Part shown: piece by piece, positions 57,597 through 64,000 of the stretch | Position numbering within the stretch: the first letter of the stretch is position 1 | Layout of the letters: every line of letters begins with the position of its first letter | Assembly (NCBI GenBank): GCA_963750945.1 | Contig: CAVVSH010000015.1 | Span: 357,296 to 421,295 of the forward strand | Length of the DNA: 64,000 nucleotides | From: an uncultured Actinomycetota bacterium | Lineage (GTDB): Bacteria; Actinomycetota; UBA4738; HRBIN12 | Reading direction: 5' to 3' | Notes under the pieces: generated by a model | The model's database searches: none | What the model was told of the DNA's origin: nothing | What the model saw: only the letters and a program-made list of their open reading frames with translations | Made by a program: the position numbers and the translations under genes

Positions 57597-57756
57597 GACC
57601 AGGTCCTCCGTTCGCCGGCCTCGATCGGGTGCGTCGGCCGCGTTGCCCCGGAGTATCGTGCGGATCCGTCCGGCTTGTCAGCCGGCGGAAGTCCCGAAAC
57701 ACGGCAAGGACCCGGAAGCGCCTTCGTCGGCGCTGCAGGCCCGACACTTGAGCCGG

Positions 57757-58188
57757 ATGCCATCACGACGCCACCTGAGGCCCTCGACTTCTGGCTCGGC
57801 GAGTGGTCCTGCACATGGGAAGGCGGCCGGGGCCGGAACGGGATCACGAAAGAGATGGACGGCCATGTGGTCGTCGAGCGCTTCGAGTCCCTCGAGCCCG
57901 AGCTTTGGTCGGGGCTGAGCGTCAGCGTGTTCGACAGCAACGCAGGGATGGCGTCAGACATGGGTCGACTCGACGGGCAACTACTGGGCACTCCACGGGT
58001 CGCCCCACGCCGAGGGATTCTCCTTCTCCGTGGTCGAGATCGAGGACGGCCGCGAGATCGAGAAACGGATGGTCTTCTCGGAGATCGAGGCGGACACGTT
58101 CGACTGGCGATGGGAGCGGTCGACGGACGGCGGCGTCACGTGGGAATCACTGTGGACCATCGACTATCGCCGCGCCGATGGTGCGTGA
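57757..58188 (+). CDS. DUF1579-like beta-barrel protein with two compensating frameshifts
   Basis: One frame gives DFWLGEWSCTW...VVERF...SVSVFD. Another gives GWRQTWVDSTGNY...RMVFSEI...DWRWERSTDGGVTWESLWTIDYRR. ATG 57757 is in the second frame. Confidence 0.6.
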
Positions 58189-58211
58189 TCGCTACCGATG
58201 GAGGAAGGCAA

Positions 58212-58246
58212 GGAACCCGTAGGAACGGCAGGGAACCGCCACCGTT
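58212..58246 (+). promoter_or_regulatory. 10-bp-phased GGAAC repeats; includes ECF-type GGAAC-N17-GTT promoter
   Basis: GGAAC at 58212, 58222 and 58232; GTT at 58244 lies 17 nt after the 58222 copy. Confidence 0.4.
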
Positions 58247-58296
58247 CGGCAAGAACTCGCTAGCTCCCCATGCCCGCGGTTCCTAGCGTTGTTCCC

Positions 58297-59265
58297 GTGC
58301 TCCGGTACCTTGCTCGCCGGCTGCTCTACTCCGTCCTCGTCCTGATCGTCATCTCGATCCTCACGTTCCTCATCTTCGTCAAGCTGCCTTCGGGCGACCC
58401 CGCCAGACGAGCGGCGGGTCGGAGGACGGATCCCGCGCAGATCGCGAACGCGCGGGAGGCGTTCGGGCTGGACGAGCCGCTGATCGTCCAGTACGGGAGG
58501 TTCGCGAAGGGTCTCATCCCCCTTCCGAACACCTTCCTGGCGGAGGACGTCTACTACTCCTTCTCGAACTACCTGCCGGTGCGAGAGGAGATCTGGCGGA
58601 GGCTTCCCGTCTCGGCGATCCTCGCCACGGGGGCGGCGATCCTGTGGCTCGTGGTCGGGATCCCGCTCGGCATCGCATCGGGGGTTCAGCCGCGCTCGCG
58701 TTTCGCACGGTGGACGATGATCTTGGCGATCGTCGGGGTGTCGCTGCCCGTGTTCTGGCTCGGCCAACTGCTCCTCTACTTCGTGTGGTTCAGGCTCGGC
58801 CTCGCGCCCTCGAGCGGCCTCGAGATCGACGCGAGCGTATGGAGCAGTGCGCTCCAGGGGAAGTTCATCCTCCCTTGGATCACGGTCGCGGTCGGGTATG
58901 CGGCGATCTACGCCCGGATGCTCCGGAGCAACATGATCGAGACCACGCAGGAGGACTACATCCGGACGGCTCGCGCGAAGGGGCTCTCGGAGAATCGAGT
59001 CGTCTACAAGCACGCGCTCCGCGGGGCCCTTACGCCGATCGTCACGATGCTGGGGATCGACTTCGCCACGATCCTGGCAGGACTGGTCATCACCGAGACC
59101 CTGTTTGGGCTCCCCGGACTGGGGCAGCTCGCCGTCAACTCGATCTTCAGCAACGACTTCCCCATGGTGATGGGCGTGACCATCGTCGGTTCGATCTTCA
59201 TCCTCACAGCCAACATCGTGGTGGACGTCGCGTACGCGTTCCTCGATCCACGGGTCCGGTTCTGA
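58297..59265 (+). CDS. Peptide/nickel ABC permease (OppB/DppB), orphan
   Basis: YLARRLL, FGLDEPLIVQYG, SLPVFWLG, RMLRSNMIE...DYIRTARAKGL, KHALRGAL, ETLFGLPGLG, ANIVVDVAYAFLDPRVR. Confidence 0.92.
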   Translation: MLRYLARRLLYSVLVLIVISILTFLIFVKLPSGDPARRAAGRRTDPAQIANAREAFGLDEPLIVQYGRFAKGLIPLPNTFLAEDVYYSFSNYLPVREEIWRRLPVSAILATGAAILWLVVGIPLGIASGVQPRSRFARWTMILAIVGVSLPVFWLGQLLLYFVWFRLGLAPSSGLEIDASVWSSALQGKFILPWITVAVGYAAIYARMLRSNMIETTQEDYIRTARAKGLSENRVVYKHALRGALTPIVTMLGIDFATILAGLVITETLFGLPGLGQLAVNSIFSNDFPMVMGVTIVGSIFILTANIVVDVAYAFLDPRVRF

Positions 59266-59411
59266 GGCACGTCGCCGGGGAGGCCTTCCACCGGAGGCGT
59301 TCCCGTCGGCCCATGTCCGGGTCGCCCCTATCCGGTGGATGTCGCATACTGGCGAGTTGAACGTTGGTGCAGGAGCCGTCGCCCACGCGGACGGCCGAGC
59401 GAGGAGGGGAC

Positions 59412-60849
59412 ATGGCGGACGCCTATCAGATGTTCATCGATGGCGAATGGGTGAACTCGTCGGACGGACAGACCCGCGACGTGATCAACCCGGCGACCGG
59501 CGAGGTGCTCGCCACCGTCCAGGAGGGCACCAAGGAAGACGCCGACAAGGCCGTGGCCGCCGCCAGGCGCGCGTTCGAAGGCGATTGGTTCGACTCCACG
59601 CCGAAGGACCGGCAGCTCGCGCTCCTCAAGTTCGCCGACGCGATCGAAGAGAACGCCGACGAGATCGTGAAGCTCGAGGCGCAGAACGTGGGCAAGCCGG
59701 CCGCCGTGACGCTCTCGGAGGAGATCCCGCCGATCGTCGACAACCTCCGGTTCTTCGCCGGCGCCTCCAGGACGATGGAGGGCCGGGCGGCGGGGGAGTA
59801 CATGGCCGGGTTCACCAGCTATGTCCGGCGAGAGCCGATCGGCGTCGCCGGCCTGATCGCGCCGTGGAACTACCCGCTGATGATGGCGATCTGGAAGATC
59901 GGTCCCGCGCTCGCCACCGGGAACACGATCGTGCTGAAGCCCTCGGAGATGACGCCGCTCACGGCCCTCAAGCTGGCTGAGCTCACCGCCGACATCCTTC
60001 CGCCCGGTGTCTTCAACGTCGTGACCGGCGACGGTCTCCCCGTCGGCGACGCGATCGTGCGGCACCCCGACGTCGGGATCGTCTCTCTCACCGGCGACAC
60101 GGCGACGGGCAAGCTGATCGCGGCCAACTCCGCCGAGACACTGAAGCGCGTGCACCTCGAGCTCGGCGGCAAGGCGCCGCTTTATCGTGTTCGACGACGC
60201 CGACATGGAGCAGGTCATCGAGTTCATCAAGATCGGCGGCTACTTCAACTCCGGTCAGGACTGCACGGCGTCGGCCCGGATCCTCGTCGGTTCCGGCGCC
60301 TACGAGAACGTCCTTGCGGAGCTCGTCCCGGCGGTCGAGTCGATCAAGGTCGGCGACCCGTTCTCGGACGACACCGAGATGGGCTCGATGGTCTCCAAGG
60401 AGCAACTCGAGCGCGTCACCGGCTTCGTGCAGCGGGCCGAAGAGGCCGGCGGCAAGGTCCTGACCGGTGGGAAGGCCATCGACCAGCAGGGCTACTGGTA
60501 CACCCCCACGGTCGTGAGCGAGGTCGGCCAGGACTCCGAGATCATCCAGAAGGAGGTCTTCGGTCCGGTCGTCACCGTGCAACGGTTCGACGACGAGGCG
60601 CAGGCCCTCGAATGGGCGAACGGCGTGCCCTACGGACTGTCGAGCTCCGTCTGGACGCGGGACGTGGGACGTGCCCACCGGATGGCGCGAAAGCTCCAGT
60701 TCGGCTGCGTGTGGATCAACACCCACATCCCGCTCACGCCGGAGATGCCGCACGGCGGGTACAAGCAGTCCGGTCACGGCAAGGACATGTCGGTGTACTC
60801 GCTCGAGGACTACACGAACATCAAGCACGTGATGGTGTCGCTCGACTGA
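59412..60849 (+). CDS. patD: Gamma-aminobutyraldehyde dehydrogenase-like ALDH, with an apparent +1 frameshift near 60180
   Basis: PWNYP, LKPSE, TGDTATG, LELGGKAP, then a frame change to IVFDDAD...NSGQDC...EVFGPV...HGGYKQSG. Confidence 0.85.
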
Positions 60850-60881
60850 ACGCACCCCGGAAAAACGAAGGCGGTGAGGAC

Positions 60882-62309
60882 ATGGCCGTGAGGCCCTATC
60901 TGGTGAACGGCGAGTGGCGGACGGGCGAGGGCACGCTCGAGGTCCACAGCCCCTACGACGACAGCGTCGTCGCCGAGATCGGCGTGCCGACCGAGGCCGA
61001 TGTCGAGGAAGCGGCGACCACGGCGCACGAGACCTTCAAGGAGTCGGCGAAGCTCCCGATCCACGCCCGTTCGGAGGCGCTCGACCACATCTCGAAGCGC
61101 CTCGGCGAGACGATCGAGGAGAACGCGAAGCTGATCGCGCAGGAAGGCGGCAAGCCGCTCAAGTGGGCCACGGTCGAGGCGACGCGTGCCGTCTCGACCT
61201 TCCGCTGGGCCTCGGAGGTGATCCGCCACGGGGACGACGAGCTCATGCGTCTCGATACGGAGGCGGCGCTCGGCTCCCGGGTGGGCCTCATCCGGCGGTT
61301 CCCGGTCGGGCCGGTGCTGGGCATCACCCCGTTCAACTTCCCGCTGAACCTCGTGGCGCACAAGGTCGCGCCCTCGCTCGCCGTCGGTGCTCCGATCGTC
61401 GTCAAGCCCGCGAGCGCCACCCCGATCGGCTCGCTCAGACTCGCGGAGTTCTTCGCCGAGACCGATCTGCCGAAGGGGATGTACCAGGTCCTCCCGGTCT
61501 CCTCGAAGGTCGCCGACGGCATGGCCCGCGACGACCGGTACCGCAAGATCTCGTTCACCGGCTCCGCGGAGATCGGTTGGTACCTGAAGGGTCTCGACCC
61601 GAAGAAGCGCGTGACGCTCGAGCTCGGTGGGAACGCAGGCGTGATCGTCCACGCCGACGCCGACCTGGACTTCGCCGCCCAGCGGGTCGCGTACGGCGGC
61701 TACTACCAGGCCGGGCAGAGCTGCATCAGCGTGCAGCGGGTGCTCGTGTCCTCCGAGGTCTACGAGGACTTCTCGGCGCGTCTCGTGAAGCAGATCGAGA
61801 GCCTGAAGGTCGGCGACCCGATGGACCCGACCGTCGACGTCGGCCCCGTGATCCAGCGGAAAGAGGTGGACCGGCTATCCGACTGGGTTAAGGAAGCCGT
61901 CTCGCAGGGCGCCGAGGTGCTCACCGGCGGTCAGGGCGACGGGCCGTTCTTCCAGCCCACGCTGCTGTCTCACGTCACCCCCGAGATGAAGGTCTGCCGC
62001 GAAGAGGTGTTCGGGCCGGTCGTGACGATCAGCCCGTACCAGACCTTCGAGGACGCGCTCAAGATCGTGAACGATTCCAAGTACGGCCTGCAGGCCGGCG
62101 TGTTCACCAACGACATCAACCGCGCGTTCGCGGCGCATCAGGCACTCGAGGTCGGCGGCATCATCATCAACGACGTCTCGGCCTTCCGAGCCGACCAGAT
62201 GCCGTACGGCGGCTCCAAGGAGTCGGGCTTCGGCCGTGAAGGGCTGAAGTACGCGATGGAGGAGATGACCGAGCCCCGGATCATGGTGCTCTCCCACATC
62301 CCCCTCTAG
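60882..62309 (+). CDS. Aldehyde dehydrogenase
   Basis: Own SD and ATG; PFNFP, VKPAS, FTGS, LELGGNA, AGQSCIS, EEVFGPV, MPYGGSKESGFGREG. Confidence 0.93.
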   Translation: MAVRPYLVNGEWRTGEGTLEVHSPYDDSVVAEIGVPTEADVEEAATTAHETFKESAKLPIHARSEALDHISKRLGETIEENAKLIAQEGGKPLKWATVEATRAVSTFRWASEVIRHGDDELMRLDTEAALGSRVGLIRRFPVGPVLGITPFNFPLNLVAHKVAPSLAVGAPIVVKPASATPIGSLRLAEFFAETDLPKGMYQVLPVSSKVADGMARDDRYRKISFTGSAEIGWYLKGLDPKKRVTLELGGNAGVIVHADADLDFAAQRVAYGGYYQAGQSCISVQRVLVSSEVYEDFSARLVKQIESLKVGDPMDPTVDVGPVIQRKEVDRLSDWVKEAVSQGAEVLTGGQGDGPFFQPTLLSHVTPEMKVCREEVFGPVVTISPYQTFEDALKIVNDSKYGLQAGVFTNDINRAFAAHQALEVGGIIINDVSAFRADQMPYGGSKESGFGREGLKYAMEEMTEPRIMVLSHIPL

Positions 62310-62318
62310 GGAGAGAGC

Positions 62319-62702
62319 GTGGAGCTCCGCGAGTTGATCCTCGTCACGTTGCCGTTCATCGTCGCGATCACGCTCGGCGTGGGGTTCCTGTTGGTCTTCC
62401 GCGAGCGCGCGGCGGCGCATGAGGTGCTACGCCGACGCGCTCAGCTCGCGGAGCCGGATCTCGCCACGCCGCTCCGCGACCCCAAGCCGCCGGAACGCCC
62501 GTGGTGGGGCAATCCCTGGCTATGGCTTGCCGTCAGCTTTGGGTTCGTCCTGCTCGGGATCTTCGTATGGCCTGGGTTGTTCGGCGGCACGTTCTTCTTC
62601 CTGCCCCTCATCTGGGTCTGGCGCCCGCGGCGCGGCCACGACGTCGACCCCCGGACCAACGGCCACGAGAAGCGGGAGAACCCCAGTTCCCTCGGCGGCT
62701 AA
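62319..62702 (+). CDS. Hypothetical Trp-rich membrane protein
   Basis: N-terminal TM plus RPWWGNPWLWLAVSFG...FFFLPLIWVWRPRR; SD GGGAGAG. Confidence 0.7.
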   Translation: MELRELILVTLPFIVAITLGVGFLLVFRERAAAHEVLRRRAQLAEPDLATPLRDPKPPERPWWGNPWLWLAVSFGFVLLGIFVWPGLFGGTFFFLPLIWVWRPRRGHDVDPRTNGHEKRENPSSLGG

Positions 62703-62710
62703 GGACGCGG

Positions 62711-63187
62711 ATGAGTGATTTCGCAGACTTCGCGGGATTCCTGTACGACGTCCTCGATGCCGCAAGTGAGATCCAGCGACGAAGGGGATCCGAGCGCGCG
62801 GAAGACGCTCTGGAGCGCTTCATCGAAGAGCTTATCGCCGCGGATCCTGATCGCGAGATCCAGCGAACGGGTCCAGATTCCATCCGTCGAGGAGACACCG
62901 ACCTTGTCTACCTGGAAACGCGAATCGACCCTGACCGCGAGCGCCTTCTCGAGGAGATCAGACGCGATCTTGAGGCATGGGGTGGAGGATCGATCCAGGT
63001 GATCGACACGCCGGGTGAAAGAACGATCCGTTTCCAAGGGGAAGCCGCAACGTCTTCCATCCGAGCATGGCTAGTCCCTCATCGTGGCTGGGTCTTCTTG
63101 GTCAGCGCACCTGAGAAGACAGACACGGCCGGACTCGCAGCGACGCTCGACGCTCGACTTGCTGCCCTAGAGAACTCACCCTCATAG
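62711..63187 (+). CDS. Hypothetical protein, lower GC than flanks
   Basis: ATG after AAGGACG; protein-like 158-aa frame. Confidence 0.6.
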   Translation: MSDFADFAGFLYDVLDAASEIQRRRGSERAEDALERFIEELIAADPDREIQRTGPDSIRRGDTDLVYLETRIDPDRERLLEEIRRDLEAWGGGSIQVIDTPGERTIRFQGEAATSSIRAWLVPHRGWVFLVSAPEKTDTAGLAATLDARLAALENSPS

Positions 63188-63847
63188 GCGGAGCACCCGA
63201 TCGGCGAAGTCGCCGACGATGGTCGCGGCTTCGCGTTCCCTCCGCCACAGATAGTGGTCGGTGCCGTCCAGGATCACGACCTCGGCGACGCCTTCCCCGT
63301 AGGCGCGGAGCTCGTCAGCGGGGCAGTACTCGTCGTTCGCCCCGGCGAGGAACAGCAACGGACGCTTGAGAAGCCGCATCTGCGCCGGTGTCGGGAGTGA
63401 CGGGAGTGCGAGGTCGTTCGGGCGGAGCGGGATTCCGAACAGCGCGAGCGCGCCGACCCGTTCGTCCTCGAACGCCTCCCTGAGCGCGACGCTCGCTCCG
63501 AAGGACCACCCGAACACGAGCGTGGGACCCTCGACCCGTTCTCGCACGAAGCCCACCGCGGCCCGGACGTCACGCAGCTCATCGCGGCCGCCACCGAATG
63601 TGCCGCTGGAGCCCATCGTGCCGCGGAAGTTGAAGACGAGCGCCGCGAGGCCGCGCTTGCCCGCCAGCTCGTTCCGGACTGACCACAGGACGGGGTGGTC
63701 CTTGCTGCCGCCGTGTCGCGGATGGGCGTGGCAGATCACGGCCGACCCGCGAGGCGGTTCGTCGGGAGGGCGGAGCTCGCCCTCGAGGCGAACGGCGTCC
63801 TCGGTGAGGAACGAAACGGTCTCCACGTCTGCGACGATGCCAGTCAT
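63182..63847 (-). CDS. Alpha/beta-fold hydrolase
   Basis: CHAHPRHGGSKDHPV, FNFRG, GWSFGA nucleophile elbow, GANDEY, GTDH. Confidence 0.88.
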   Translation of the reverse strand: MTGIVADVETVSFLTEDAVRLEGELRPPDEPPRGSAVICHAHPRHGGSKDHPVLWSVRNELAGKRGLAALVFNFRGTMGSSGTFGGGRDELRDVRAAVGFVRERVEGPTLVFGWSFGASVALREAFEDERVGALALFGIPLRPNDLALPSLPTPAQMRLLKRPLLFLAGANDEYCPADELRAYGEGVAEVVILDGTDHYLWRREREAATIVGDFADRVLRL

Positions 63848-64000
63848 GGGGGAGATACGCCAACCGCGTGGAACGGCCTTCACGATCCGCGACCCGCTTC
63901 CGTGGCCGGACGTGGCCGCGATCGCGCGCGAGGGCGAGGAGCTCGGCTACGCGGCTGTCTTCCTTCCGGAGACAGGCGCCAGGGACACGCTCGCTACGTT
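63846..64000 (+). CDS. LLM (luciferase-like) flavin-dependent oxidoreductase, 5' part only
   Basis: ...AAIAREGEELGYAAVFLPETGARDTLAT runs off the right edge. Confidence 0.65.
   Translation, partial: MGEIRQPRGTAFTIRDPLPWPDVAAIAREGEELGYAAVFLPETGARDTLAT

Noticed and set aside
59364-62309. 981-aa ORF that looks like a tandem ALDH-ALDH fusion
   Set aside because: Artefact of the +1 indel near 60180. The middle is out-of-frame junk, the first ALDH ends at 60849 in another frame, and the second has its own SD and ATG at 60882.
1-64000. Mobile elements, prophage, defence systems, tRNA or rRNA
   Set aside because: No transposase, integrase, phage structural, toxin-antitoxin or RNA-gene signatures were seen.

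Overview
High-GC actinobacterial chromosomal segment, densely coding, with about 60 CDS and no rRNA, tRNA, CRISPR array or mobile element that I can see. Actinobacterial affiliation is supported by the MSMEG_4193/DUF3090/SCO1664 trio, Prim-PolC, CGNR/ABATE, MutT1, GTTCACC-type PHO boxes and many leaderless TANNNT promoters. Main modules: (1) 4.4-15.7 kb, three tandem phosphorylation-degenerate NarL/LuxR regulators, a GT-C-like membrane protein and a monoderm Flp/Tad pilus operon with sigma28-like promoters; (2) 22.7-34.9 kb, a phosphate/polyphosphate island (ppx, PhoR/SenX3-like kinase, pstSCAB-phoU-regX3, ppk1, CHAD, mutT1) with two clusters of 11-bp PHO-box repeats; (3) 38.5-41.6 kb, an archaeal-style duplicated-MgtE transporter with a PhoU/RCK_C partner and a double Lrp-ligand-domain protein; (4) 43.8-52.1 kb, cphB-cphA-TraR/DksA-otsB facing otsA and a second CphA paralogue that has lost the whole ATP-grasp domain, which is the best candidate here for an undescribed biochemical activity; (5) 56.2-62.3 kb, GABA/putrescine catabolic genes carrying four single-base indels that are probably consensus errors. 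Product calls come from my recognition of motifs; no database searches were run.
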